IMG/VR virus record: IMGVR_UViG_3300033512_000218
Span: 32,001 to 96,000 of that record
Reading direction: 5' to 3' (one strand)
Source: a virus
Length of the DNA: 64,000 nt
Below the pieces are notes generated by a model, which saw nothing but the letters and a program-made list of their open reading frames with translations, made no database searches and was not told the origin of the DNA. Of this stretch, positions 41,872 through 52,954 are shown piece after piece. How positions within the stretch are numbered: the stretch's first letter is position 1; every line of letters starts with the position of its first letter. A program made the position numbers and the translations under genes.

Positions 41872-42162
41872 ATGAAAACTTTGAGTACAAAAGAAACTGC
41901 CCAATTGGGTATAGGTGGTGTTATGCACCGTGAATTTCAAGAAAAGTTATTTAATGATATAAAAGCTATGCAATACAGAATACAAGGGCTTGCTGCTTAT
42001 GTACAGAATGACTTTGAAAGAATGTTGGAAGATGGTACAACAACAAAAGAAACTATTAATACTGAAATTACAGAAATGGATGAACAGTATAATAAGTTTA
42101 TTAACGACCTTAATATATTGAGAAAGCAAACCCGTGATTTAATGACTTTTCATGTTGCATAA
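41872..42162 (+). CDS. cassette coiled-coil protein
   Basis: reads through the GTTA core at 41920; stop codon is the TAA of TAAC. Confidence 0.7.
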   Translation: MKTLSTKETAQLGIGGVMHREFQEKLFNDIKAMQYRIQGLAAYVQNDFERMLEDGTTTKETINTEITEMDEQYNKFINDLNILRKQTRDLMTFHVA

Positions 42163-42950
42163 CGAAAAACGGTATGTGCCGTGATGTTTTTCGTATCTAA
42201 ACGGCTCAAAAGTATCAATAACCACAAATGTAAATAAGTAAGTAGACTGTATCAAAATAGCACTAAAAACAGCATGGACACTATACCGTATGTTATGCGT
42301 ATTAATCATATTATCAATAATTTAATTTTATAAAAATGGAAAATATCACAAATTTTGAAACATTAAACAGTTTTTTAGAAAAATTAGAAACTGAAAAAGA
42401 GGAATTAAATAGAAAAATAGAAATTTTGGAAGAAGAAAAAGATCATCAAAAATGGCAATGGATGAAACACATTGCAGTGCCAAAAGATGATTTTCTTAAA
42501 CAATTGCCTTGTCCACGAATAGAAATGAAAATATTTGGTGATAGATATGAATGTGGATGGATTACAGGAATTGTTTTTCCTGATTATGCAGACGAGGAAA
42601 AAAACAGATTTATTCCTTTTTCAATGACTACTACAAGTGGAAAAGATTTAATCGAAAATAAAAATCCGCGTTTGCCCTGGCGTGATGAGTTTCATATTTA
42701 TTCTTATTCACGAATATTTAATTTACGAATGTTTTTAACACGAGAAAATGATAATTTAATTACAGAATTATTTGTAAAACCTGAATTTATAAATCCTTTA
42801 TCAGATTTTGAAAGTAAAAATGTTATCGTTTAAATTTATTACGCATAACTATTATATATAAACACACATTTAATTTATTGATTATGAATACAAAAGGTAA
42901 ATCAACTCTTGAAATTTTTGAAAATAATTTAAGAGTTAAAAAAATTATAA
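41896..42950. mobile_element. integron-like array 3 (2 cassettes, attI-like end, integrase remnant)
   Basis: GTTATGCACCGTGAA / TTCATGTTGCATAAC; hairpin 42160-42295; GTTATGCGTATTAAT / TTTATTACGCATAAC; terminal site at 42846. Confidence 0.75.
42336..42833 (+). CDS. cassette hypothetical protein
   Basis: ORF between hairpin and terminal site. Confidence 0.7.
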   Translation: MENITNFETLNSFLEKLETEKEELNRKIEILEEEKDHQKWQWMKHIAVPKDDFLKQLPCPRIEMKIFGDRYECGWITGIVFPDYADEEKNRFIPFSMTTTSGKDLIENKNPRLPWRDEFHIYSYSRIFNLRMFLTRENDNLITELFVKPEFINPLSDFESKNVIV

Positions 42951-42972
42951 TAAAACTAAAAAATACATAAAT

Positions 42973-44265
42973 ATGAATAACGAAATAAAAGAATTTATAG
43001 TAAAAATGAACTCAAGTAATTCAAATAATGAAAAACTTAGCATTTTAACATCCTATGAAAATAATACATTAATAAAAGATATATTATTCTATACATACAA
43101 TCCATTTATTAATTATCATCTAACAAGTGAAAATTTAATAAAGAATAATAATATTGTGGTTAATACCGATTTAGATTTATTTTCTATATTAAATATTCTA
43201 TCCAAACGACAAAAAACAGGACATGATGCAATTGGTATTGTAAATGGACTTATTAAAAATAATATTGATTATAAAGATATTATTTATAAAATAATTGATA
43301 AAAATTTAGAAATAAGAATAGATATAAAAACAATCAATAAAGTATTTTCTAATCTAATCCCAACGTATGATGTTGCATTAGCAAATAAATTGGATGATAA
43401 GTTAAAAAATAGTATTAATTGGAAAACCGAACATTGGTTAGCAAGTAGAAAATTAGATGGTATTAGATGTGAAATGATAGTAGATGAAAATTATAATGTT
43501 ACTTCATTTAGTAGAGAAGGAAAAGAAATAGAAACATTAACCACATTAAAAAAATATATTTACGATATTTGTATTTCAAATAAAATCAGTAATGTTGTAT
43601 TTGATGGAGAAATATGTATTATAAATGAAAAAGGAGAAGATGATTTTCAAGGTATTATGAAACAAATAAGAAAAAAGAATCATGATATTATAAATGCAAA
43701 ATATTATATATTCGATTTTCTTAATAAAATAGATTTTGAAAATCAAACAAGTAAAGAAACATTTAGTGAACGTTTATTAAAATTAAATAATCTTAATTAT
43801 AATAATGATAAAATAATTGTACTACCTCAATATGATTTTGATATGTATATTGATTATGAAAAATGGAATAAATTAGTAAGTGATAATAATTGGGAAGGAT
43901 TTATGCTTCGTAAAAATACAATATACAAAGGTAAACGAAGTAATGATATTCTTAAAGTTAAAATTTTTTTTGATAATGAATATATTGTTAAAAAAATAGA
44001 AACAGGTAATTTTAGAGTAATAAATAAAGAAACTAAATTAGAAGAAGTTATTGAAACTCTAACAAATGTTATTATAGAACATAAAGGATATGAAGTATCT
44101 GTTGGTAGTGGATTTTCATTGGAACAACGTAAATTATACTATAATAATCCTACTTTACTATTAAATAAAAATATTACTGTTTCATACTTTGAAGAAACAT
44201 TAGACCAAAATAATAAAATATCATTGAGATTTCCAACTTTCAAAGGTATTAGAGAATTAATTTAA
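42973..44265 (+). CDS. ATP-dependent DNA ligase
   Basis: KLDGIR, FDGEI, YIFD, EGFMLR, LKVK, GSGF, SLRFPTF. Confidence 0.93.
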   Translation: MNNEIKEFIVKMNSSNSNNEKLSILTSYENNTLIKDILFYTYNPFINYHLTSENLIKNNNIVVNTDLDLFSILNILSKRQKTGHDAIGIVNGLIKNNIDYKDIIYKIIDKNLEIRIDIKTINKVFSNLIPTYDVALANKLDDKLKNSINWKTEHWLASRKLDGIRCEMIVDENYNVTSFSREGKEIETLTTLKKYIYDICISNKISNVVFDGEICIINEKGEDDFQGIMKQIRKKNHDIINAKYYIFDFLNKIDFENQTSKETFSERLLKLNNLNYNNDKIIVLPQYDFDMYIDYEKWNKLVSDNNWEGFMLRKNTIYKGKRSNDILKVKIFFDNEYIVKKIETGNFRVINKETKLEEVIETLTNVIIEHKGYEVSVGSGFSLEQRKLYYNNPTLLLNKNITVSYFEETLDQNNKISLRFPTFKGIRELI

Positions 44266-44320
44266 AAATTACTTTATTTAAAATAAAATATTAGTTATGA
44301 TAAATTTAAATATGTAAAAA

Positions 44321-44902
44321 ATGGAAATTTGGACAAAAAAATATAGACCTAAAACAATAAACGATATAATATTAGAAGATAATATTTTATATAAATTAAA
44401 ACAATTTATGGAAAAAACAAATGATTTACCTAATTTATTATTATACGGTGAATCTGGTATTGGTAAAACATTAATTGCAGATATAATAACAACACAATTG
44501 TCTTCTTATTATACAGTTTTAAAATTAAATCATTCCTTTGATATAAACCATACATTTAAAGTTATTAATTTTGACTCTCATTATTATGGTAAACCAAAAA
44601 TATTATTTATTGACGAGTTTAACAAAGCATTAAATAATCAATATTATGATGAAAAAACATTAATATATACTTGTAATCACTTGGATGATTTAGGTGTACA
44701 AAATGTAAGATTTAATGATGATTGGATATTGGAAATAAAAAATCCTAACAAATTAAAAATTAAAACATTGATATGTAAAATTCTTGATTGTGAAAAAATA
44801 ATTTATAATGAATCGGATATAGATATTATTATTAATAAATTTTATCCATCAATTAGTGATATAATAAATAACACACAATTATATTATAATAATTTAAAAT
44901 AA
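44321..44902 (+). CDS. clamp-loader (RFC small subunit-like) AAA+ protein, short/divergent
   Basis: WTKKYRPKTINDII, LLYGESGIGKT, FIDEF. Confidence 0.75.
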   Translation: MEIWTKKYRPKTINDIILEDNILYKLKQFMEKTNDLPNLLLYGESGIGKTLIADIITTQLSSYYTVLKLNHSFDINHTFKVINFDSHYYGKPKILFIDEFNKALNNQYYDEKTLIYTCNHLDDLGVQNVRFNDDWILEIKNPNKLKIKTLICKILDCEKIIYNESDIDIIINKFYPSISDIINNTQLYYNNLK

Positions 44903-44908
44903 AAACAA

Positions 44909-45261
44909 ATGGAAAATTTAGTAGACTGGAAATTTAATCATATAAAAAAATAGAGGATTGTGATATTACTTTAGAATATGAAGAAGATAAAGACGACTAT
45001 AAACTAAGCCAACGTAGAATATATGTCTGTAAAATTAAAAAATATCTACTTCAATATGGAACAGCAATAAAAGATGGATTTATTTTTGAAAACAATATGA
45101 ATAATAAAAAATTATACATTTCATTAATATACGATTATGAAAAAGTAAATGAAAAATATAAAATATCTTGTTTCATAAAAAGAAATAATTCAAGTGATGA
45201 TATATATTCATTATTAGAGATGGAAGAAATATACAATCATTTAATTCAAATTAAAATATAA
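44909..45261 (+). pseudogene. frameshifted paralog of 45284-45856
   Basis: after the A7 run at ~44944 the alternative frame gives KIKKYLLQYG..NKKLYISL, matching the neighbour's KIKYWLQQYG..DKRLYISL. Confidence 0.6.
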
Positions 45262-45283
45262 ATAAATTTAAAATAATAATTAT

Positions 45284-45856
45284 ATGGAAAATATAGTAGG
45301 ATACACTGTTTATTATTTGAAAAAAATAAACGAAACAAATAATATAGAAATAGCATATCAAATAATACCAATAACTTTTAAAGATTCTTTTGAGGAATTT
45401 ATTAAAAATAATAATATTAGTATGCCAACGGAAGATGAATTTAATGATTGGTATATAAATCAAAAAAAGTATTATGTTATAAATAAAATCAAATATTGGT
45501 TACAACAATACGGTAATAGAACCAATGAATCGTTTGTGTTTGATGGCAAAATGAATGATAAAAGATTATATATTTCATTAGAATATAATTATGATGATGA
45601 AGGAGATGAACATGATACGAATTGTATATTAAAAAGAAATAATAAACTAAATGCTGAATATATGGATGATTATACATTAATTGAATTAGAGGAAATATAT
45701 ACTTTTTTAACACAATTAAATATAAAAAATAAATCAAAAAAATATTCAAAAAAATATTCAAAAAAAGATTTGAAACAAGCATATGAAATTGGTTATATAT
45801 CATCACAAACAAATGATTTAACATTCAAAGAATGGTATTTAGAATATAATAAATAA
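45284..45856 (+). CDS. hypothetical protein
   Basis: ORF; tandem paralog upstream. Confidence 0.65.
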   Translation: MENIVGYTVYYLKKINETNNIEIAYQIIPITFKDSFEEFIKNNNISMPTEDEFNDWYINQKKYYVINKIKYWLQQYGNRTNESFVFDGKMNDKRLYISLEYNYDDEGDEHDTNCILKRNNKLNAEYMDDYTLIELEEIYTFLTQLNIKNKSKKYSKKYSKKDLKQAYEIGYISSQTNDLTFKEWYLEYNK

Positions 45857-45872
45857 TTTAAAAATAAAAAAC

Positions 45873-46091
45873 ATGAATTGGAAATTAAACACAGAATATG
45901 AAAATCCATTATGGAGAAATTATATGGATAATGTAAATGATAATAGATGGTTAAAAAAAGTTGATTTGAAATTACCTTTTATTGTTGAAAGTTTTGCTAC
46001 TTATGATGAAGATGAGTTTTTAGAAAAATTAAAAACAGATGAAGAATTTAACAAGATTTGGGGAACTCCATTTAAATCTGATAATGATTGA
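45873..46091 (+). CDS. hypothetical protein
   Basis: ORF with A-rich leader. Confidence 0.55.
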   Translation: MNWKLNTEYENPLWRNYMDNVNDNRWLKKVDLKLPFIVESFATYDEDEFLEKLKTDEEFNKIWGTPFKSDND

Positions 46092-46109
46092 TTAATTTAA
46101 TCAAAAATA

Positions 46110-46166
46110 TTTAACATTTATTAACATAAATTAATTTTGATTTAGTTAATAAATGTTTTATCTTTG
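46110..46166 (+). promoter_or_regulatory. 57-bp early-type promoter
   Basis: motif copy. Confidence 0.8.
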
Positions 46167-46190
46167 TAGCATAATTTAAAATTAAATAAA

Positions 46191-46736
46191 ATGAGTGTAG
46201 AATATATAGACAGAGAAAGTCTTTTTGATATTGAAAATTATAAAGTGATTTTTGAAAAGGAAAAACACTACCACAAAATAGTTAAAATAAATGATATTAT
46301 AAGATGGGAAGAACATCCCGGAAAAACAGAATTTATAAAAGAAAAAGGATTAAATCATTGTGTAAACCAAATGATACTACTTGGACTTAATAAAAATTCA
46401 GAAGAATGGAGAGCATTATATCGGAATTTAGGTTATTCATTATCTGGTTATTGGGAAGTTTTTTATTGGGAATGGAATAATCCTATAGCAGAAGAGTATA
46501 ATTATAATGAAAACAGTATTATAAAAAAAGTAGGATACATAAATAATAATATTTATAATTCATCAGTTGTTTATGAAGTTTATGAAGAAAAGGAAACCGC
46601 TAAATTTTATTTTGGTGCTACAAAAGTAAATGAAACAACTGATTATGCTTGTTTTGTTGTTTATGATAGAAAAATATTTAGAGATAAAGAATTTTTATCA
46701 TACGAACAAGCAAAACAATATTATGACTCTATTTAA
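46191..46736 (+). CDS. hypothetical protein
   Basis: ORF after promoter. Confidence 0.65.
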   Translation: MSVEYIDRESLFDIENYKVIFEKEKHYHKIVKINDIIRWEEHPGKTEFIKEKGLNHCVNQMILLGLNKNSEEWRALYRNLGYSLSGYWEVFYWEWNNPIAEEYNYNENSIIKKVGYINNNIYNSSVVYEVYEEKETAKFYFGATKVNETTDYACFVVYDRKIFRDKEFLSYEQAKQYYDSI

Positions 46737-46787
46737 CATTTATTAAGATAATATATTTGTATTTTATTAAAAAATATATTATCTTTG
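46732..46787 (+). promoter_or_regulatory. early-type promoter (56 bp)
   Basis: motif copy. Confidence 0.75.
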
Positions 46788-46818
46788 TAATATTATTAAC
46801 AATCAAAAATAAACCATT

Positions 46819-47343
46819 ATGCTTTTATTAATTTTAACCCTTTTATTTAATTATAATATACAAAGTAATAATACAATAAGTAATAAATTTTATATAAAGA
46901 TTGATAGCATTATTATAAATGTCAAAATAAATAAAACAATTGATGTTTTAAAACATTATGAAAAATACGAATCTACTCCTTATTATTCAAATAATTATTG
47001 GTATATTGGATATGGACACATGATATTAAAAGGCGAACATTTTACAACATTAACAGAAAAACAAGCTGATTCATTATTTAAAGTAGATTTTGAAAAACAT
47101 AAAAAACAAATAACTAAGTATCTAAACAAAGATACAAAAATAGAATATGTTTATTTATGTACTATGTTAGCATTTAATATTGGAGTTTATAAAGTTAAAA
47201 ATTATGATATTGTTAAGTATATAAATGAAAATAAAGATGTTGAAATAATAAAAGATAAATATATCCAATATTGTATAAATGAAGGTAATCTTCACAAAGG
47301 ACTATTAGAACGAAGAAAACAAGAATTAAATATTTGGCTATAA
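46819..47343 (+). CDS. GH24 lysozyme-like protein with N-terminal hydrophobic segment
   Basis: LKHYE..PY..WYIGYGH, LTEKQADSLF, AFNIG, GLLERRKQE. Confidence 0.8.
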   Translation: MLLLILTLLFNYNIQSNNTISNKFYIKIDSIIINVKINKTIDVLKHYEKYESTPYYSNNYWYIGYGHMILKGEHFTTLTEKQADSLFKVDFEKHKKQITKYLNKDTKIEYVYLCTMLAFNIGVYKVKNYDIVKYINENKDVEIIKDKYIQYCINEGNLHKGLLERRKQELNIWL

Positions 47344-47648
47344 TTTAGAAAATATATCTAAATAAATATTCAATATAATTATACTCTATCTTTTGCATAA
47401 TAATAAAAAAATTATTTAATTTAAAATATAAATCAAATTAAACATGAAAACAAACTATTTTTTTATTCAATATATTCAAACAAATGAATATGATGACTTT
47501 AAAAGTCATCAATTAAGAGATATTAAAACAACAATATTAGGTATTAGTGAAGATATAAGTCCATTAAATTATATAATATATCTTGAAAAAGAATTAAAAT
47601 CATATTATAAATACATATCCATTATTAATATAAATAAATTATAATAAA

Positions 47649-49033
47649 ATGAAAATACAAGAACCAAAAAATAAAAACTATTGCTTTACTGTTGTTACAG
47701 TAGGTAAAGATATTCCGTTAGAATGAAGAGATAGAATTGTCCACAAAAACGTTTTTGGTAATTTAGTTATAACTGAAAAAGATAAATATCCTGAAGGAAC
47801 ATTAATGTTATATATTCCAGTAGAAACACAATTATCAGAAGATTATTGTAAATATAATAATTTATATGATAAAAAAGAATATAATATTGATACAAATATA
47901 AAAGGATATATATCATATAATAAAAGAAGAATTAAAGCATTACCTTTAGGAGGATATGAAAGTAATGGATTAATAATGCCAATTGAATCTATCACAAATA
48001 TATTTACTGATTCAGGAAAACTTCCGACAAATTGGAAAAACGAAGGAACTGAATTTGATGAATTAAATGGAGTTGAATTATGTAGAAAATATATTCCTAA
48101 TCAAACTAAAAAACAACATACGACAGATAAAAAAAATACTAAAAAAAGAAAACAAATATTGAAATCAAAATTGTTTGTCAACCAATTTTGATTTCATATT
48201 GATACATCACATTTAGGAAGAAATACTCAAAAATTAAATCCAACTGATTTAATTCAAATTTCAGATAAATGGCATGGAACTTCAGGTATTTCAAATAAAT
48301 GTTTAGTTAAAAGAAATTTAACTTTTATAGAACGTATTCTTATTAAATTAGGATTAAAAATTCAAACTGAACATTATGATAATGTAGGTATATATGCTTC
48401 AAGAAAAGTTATTAAAAATAGCAAATTTACAACTGAAAATGATTATTATAATAATGATATTGATTGGAGAGAAGTAGTACATAAGAATTTATTACCTCTT
48501 ATTTCAAATGGAATGTCTGCTTATTATGAAATTGTTGGATTTTTACCTAATGGAGCACAAATTCAAAAATCATATGATTATGGATATGTGCCTCCTACTG
48601 ATAAAAATTGGATTGAAGGTACACATTACGGAGTTCATATATATCGTTTAACTTATACAAATACAGAAGGTATTGTATATGAATTTTCTGCAAAACAAGT
48701 TCAAGATTATTGTAAAACACATGGATTAAAATCAGTAGTTGAATTATACTATGGATATGCAAATCAATTATTTGATGTTGTAGATGAAAAAGGAGAAAAA
48801 TTATCAGAAACTAATGTAGATGAATGGAAAACTCAATTTATTGAATTTTTAAAGAAAAAATATTGGTATAAACAATGTAAATATTGTAAAAATAAAGTAC
48901 CTAATGAGTAATAGTATTAAGAATTGAAGATAGTGGTTTAACTGTATTTAAACATAAAAACTTTGATTTCTTAAAATATGAAACAAAACAACTTGATACC
49001 GAAACATTAAATATTGAAGATGAAGAAATATAG
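47649..49033 (+). pseudogene. RNA ligase (Rnl2/DRB0094-like) with two in-frame TGA and a 3' frameshift
   Basis: IPLE*RDRI (47724), NQF*FHIDT (48189), motif I KWHGTS, YYEIVG; after 48908 the alternative frame reads IVLRIE..FKHKNFDFLKYE. Confidence 0.75.
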
Positions 49034-49562
49034 TATTATTTATGCTGACCCCCCTTGGAGGTATAAAGACCAAAAGAATAACGACCCAAATATGGGTGGA
49101 ATAACATATCCTACAATGGATTTAGAGGAAATAAAATCATTACCTATTAATGATATATCTGATAAAGATTGTGCGTTATTTCTTTGGGCTACAATGCCAT
49201 TATTACCCGAAGCATTAGAAGTTATCAAATCATGGGGATTTAAATATACAACTTGTGCTTTTACTTGGGTAAAACAAAATCCAAAAGGAGAAGGTATTTA
49301 TTCTGGTTTAGGACATTGGACAAATGGTAATGCTGAATTATGTTTATTTGCTAAAAAAGGAACACCTAAAAGAAATGAAAAAAATGTTAAACAAATAGTG
49401 TTATCACCACGTTCAAGACATTCTGAAAAACCAAATGAAGTTAGAAATAGAATAGTACGTTTAATAGGTGATTTACCTCGTATTGAATTATTTGCAAGAC
49501 AAAAAATAGAAGGATGGGATATTTGGGGGAATGAATTAACAAATGATATAGAAATAAATTAA
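49020..49562 (+). CDS. MT-A70 family methyltransferase
   Basis: IYADPPW, WGFKYTT, HSEKP, ELFAR. Confidence 0.9.
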   Translation: MKKYSIIYADPPWRYKDQKNNDPNMGGITYPTMDLEEIKSLPINDISDKDCALFLWATMPLLPEALEVIKSWGFKYTTCAFTWVKQNPKGEGIYSGLGHWTNGNAELCLFAKKGTPKRNEKNVKQIVLSPRSRHSEKPNEVRNRIVRLIGDLPRIELFARQKIEGWDIWGNELTNDIEIN

Positions 49563-49995
49563 AATTAAATAAAATGGAAAATTTAAAATATTTATTATTG
49601 CAAGAAGATGATATAATATTAAAACCATCGGAGTTAAAATCAATAATTAAAGACTGTTTAATGGAAGGATTTAATTTGTCAAATTGTGGAGAAAATGGTG
49701 AATGTTCAAGTGGTAGAAACTAATATCAAATTTATAATGAATGGTATAATGAAATGTTTGAACCAAATAGAATTAAATTAAATACTATTATAAATAATAA
49801 AATTAGAGAAATAAATGATTTTCATAAATATAAAATCAAAATACAAATTCCAAATGACTTGGAATTAATTAATCTCAATTTAGGGAATTGTAACATATTT
49901 GAATTTGAGAATGATTTATATTATTTTATTGAATCATTGGATTATAATACAGTAACAGAATATTTAAACAAAATAACAAATTAAAATTAATAAAA

Positions 49996-50466
49996 ATGAA
50001 AACAATTAAATTAAAAATCCACAGTTCATTCGATTTAATCACCAATTCAAGTACAGTTATTTTTACTTATAGTGATGGTTCATTAACCGCAGTTGAAGAA
50101 TTGGTAAATGAAATGTTAAAAGTATTTAATTCAGATAAAACATTCAATGATATTTTTTATGCTGATGTATTTTTAGAAGACGACTATAATTATTATGAAT
50201 GGATGGATGAAGAAGAATTAGAACAATATGGTTTACCAACAGAAAATACATTGGATTATATAAACGATATTAGACTTAAAGTATTAAAAAAAGAAATTGA
50301 ACAACCTGAATGGATGAAAATATCTGAAAAAAGAGAAAATTATAGTGGATATCCATTGGATACTGTATTAGAATTATTACCTAAAGATGAAAAATATATT
50401 GATTTATCAAATAAATTATTAAATTATCTTTATTCAACTTCACATGAAGCCACCAGAGATGGATAA
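49996..50466 (+). CDS. hypothetical phage protein
   Basis: N-terminal SFDLITNSSTVIF motif. Confidence 0.65.
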   Translation: MKTIKLKIHSSFDLITNSSTVIFTYSDGSLTAVEELVNEMLKVFNSDKTFNDIFYADVFLEDDYNYYEWMDEEELEQYGLPTENTLDYINDIRLKVLKKEIEQPEWMKISEKRENYSGYPLDTVLELLPKDEKYIDLSNKLLNYLYSTSHEATRDG

Positions 50467-50501
50467 TATAAATTATTAATTATTTTAATAAATAAAAAAT
50501 C

Positions 50502-51224
50502 ATGACTATTAGTTTAAAAAATATATTTTTGGTTATGTTATTTAGTATCATTATAATTGGAGTTGCAATTATAACACAAAATAATATTAAAAATAATGAA
50601 GAAAATTCATCTCCTGAAAGTAATCCTATATTTATTATAAATCCTTCAACAGGAAATGGAGATAATGAAGTTATACAAAATATTGATTTATCAAATGAAG
50701 AACATGTAAATGCGGTATTAAATGATAAAAACTTTGAATATGAGTATATAAATAATGAATTATTAAATACTGTATATGGTATTACACCAAACCCACAAGG
50801 ATTTGATATTAAAAATGAAGAAGGAATTAATAAACTTTATTTTCGTTCATTACCACTTATAGTAAAGAAGAATGAACCTATTGTATGGAACAATGCATTA
50901 AATAGAGTAGTAAAATGTTCCTATTTTAAAAAAGATTATCCTAATGAAGTAGTATTTAATATTGACCCATTTGAAGAATTTGTTGCTGGAGTATGGCAAT
51001 CTGTACTCAATACAAATTTAACTGAAAATGATATTGTTTGTATTATACTTATTAAATGGGTTATATTAACAAAAAGTCAATGTACTAAATACACATACTA
51101 TACTGAAAATACTATTGCTGTTTATTCTATTCCTATTTATAAGAAAGAATTAAAACAGGTAATAAATGATAAATATGTCAATAATTTATTAAATCAAAAA
51201 TTAAAATATAATAATTTAAATTAG
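50502..51224 (+). CDS. membrane-anchored hypothetical protein
   Basis: N-terminal TM IFLVMLFSIIIIGVAII. Confidence 0.65.
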   Translation: MTISLKNIFLVMLFSIIIIGVAIITQNNIKNNEENSSPESNPIFIINPSTGNGDNEVIQNIDLSNEEHVNAVLNDKNFEYEYINNELLNTVYGITPNPQGFDIKNEEGINKLYFRSLPLIVKKNEPIVWNNALNRVVKCSYFKKDYPNEVVFNIDPFEEFVAGVWQSVLNTNLTENDIVCIILIKWVILTKSQCTKYTYYTENTIAVYSIPIYKKELKQVINDKYVNNLLNQKLKYNNLN

Positions 51225-51226
51225 TT

Positions 51227-51829
51227 ATGGAAGGAAGTGCAACATTAAAATTTGGAAAACCAGCAATTTTTATTTTATTAATTGTTTTAGTTGTTTTTTT
51301 TATAATTAAATTTAGTACTACAACAGTAATACAAACAACAAAGGAAATAGATATTACAAGCAATTGGACAATACCATCAACTTGGGTAGGTGTTAATAGT
51401 ACTACAGATTTTCTTTTATATAGAGGAGTACCACAAGGTCATTATAATTATTATCAAGCATTAGAAGGAACTGCAATGCCATTAAATCCAACATATGGGC
51501 ATACAAATCCAACTCTTCATAGAGATGGAAATACAAATAGTAAGTTTACAAGTTGGACAATAAATCTTATGGTAGCATATCATTTTGCAACTAATTTTGA
51601 TGGTGTTGAACCTACAAATGGATTTATATTAGTTACTACATATAGTAATTTAATAAAACAAAAAGCAAAAGTATATTCAACAGAAACATCTACATTTGAA
51701 GGAGATATTTATGGAGAAAATGAATATTTAGTTACAGATATAATTGATGGTTGTATAGTTATTCCTGTATCACATATAAGTAAAATTGATGTTAAATTAA
51801 TCAAAAATATATTACTTAATTTAAAATGA
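51227..51829 (+). CDS. membrane-anchored ADP-ribosyltransferase-like (R-S-E) toxin domain protein
   Basis: TM AIFILLIVLVVFFII; LYRG, FTSWT, ENEYLV. Confidence 0.6.
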   Translation: MEGSATLKFGKPAIFILLIVLVVFFIIKFSTTTVIQTTKEIDITSNWTIPSTWVGVNSTTDFLLYRGVPQGHYNYYQALEGTAMPLNPTYGHTNPTLHRDGNTNSKFTSWTINLMVAYHFATNFDGVEPTNGFILVTTYSNLIKQKAKVYSTETSTFEGDIYGENEYLVTDIIDGCIVIPVSHISKIDVKLIKNILLNLK

Positions 51830-52366
51830 AAAAAATAACATTATTTGATTATAATCGTATATATAGAAATGTACGTAAAATATTTATTAGTGAATTAAAC
51901 GAAAATGATATTATTCATATTGATAATTATATATATAATAAAGATTGTATTTATATATTATTAGTTAATGATAATATTAAAGAAATATCAATATCAAATA
52001 ATGTTGTTTTTAATAAGTTAAATAATAATACATATGATAATTAATACATTAGAACAATTAAATGTAACTAATCAAGGAGTATTTTCAGATTTTAGATTTT
52101 CTTTTTATGCTATATATGAAAGTGATACCCAAATTATTTTGTTACAAGTTTTACGAAATAATGATGGAACATATCAATGGTTTGCAATAGGAAAACCAAT
52201 AGTATTTAAAGAACAATTTAAGTATATTAAACATGCATTAGAATATATGTTAAAAGATGAAAATACTATATATTGTGTATTAGTTGATAATAGTTCTTAT
52301 GCAACTCTTATAGAATTGTTAAACTTTGTTAGTAATATACCTTATTTAAAAGGAATTAAATTATGA
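51826..52366 (+). other. two small hypothetical ORFs (51826-52044, 52034-52366)
   Basis: overlapping start/stop coupling with the ART-like gene. Confidence 0.55.
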
Positions 52367-52692
52367 AATACGCAAAATTATTATTAAATGAATTAAATTG
52401 GGGAAATAATACCATAACTAATAATGACATATTATATTTAAAAGATAATAGTTCATTATATGGAAGTAATAATGTATATATTGATTATGAATTTGTTTAA
52501 CAAAATCCATTGATATTTAAAATAGGAACATTATTCAACATAGGTGATAAAATAAAATATAAAAATCAAGTTACTTCAATTTATCTTACAATTGAATCAA
52601 TTGATTATACTTCTAAGAAATATATGTTATCTAATTGGCAATCCGTTGAATTTGATGATATGAATGATTTTGAATTAATTTTAAATTAAAAA

Positions 52693-52764
52693 TGCCCATG
52701 TGATGTAATGGTAGCACGAATGATTGTGGTTCATTTAGTCCGAGTTCGAATCTCGTCATGGGTA
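52693..52764 (+). tRNA. tRNA-His (GTG)
   Basis: acceptor (T)GCCCATG/CATGGGT(A), anticodon arm AATGA-TTGTGGT-TCATT, T-loop GTTCGAATC; no encoded CCA. Confidence 0.85.
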
Positions 52765-52954
52765 CAAAAATGATACAATTAGAAATTTCATTTAAATTGG
52801 TATATAAGGAAAACATATGTTCCTTTTGCAAAAAACATGATATTGATATTGAGTGTCATAAAAAAATAAATAATCATTTAATAAAATATAATTTCAATGG
52901 ACAAATAGATGATATTGACAAGTTATATAAATTTTTCAACACATAATATAAAAT

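Noticed and set aside
52631-52831. Minus-strand ORF over the tRNA
   Set aside because: It is an antisense translation of tRNA-His.
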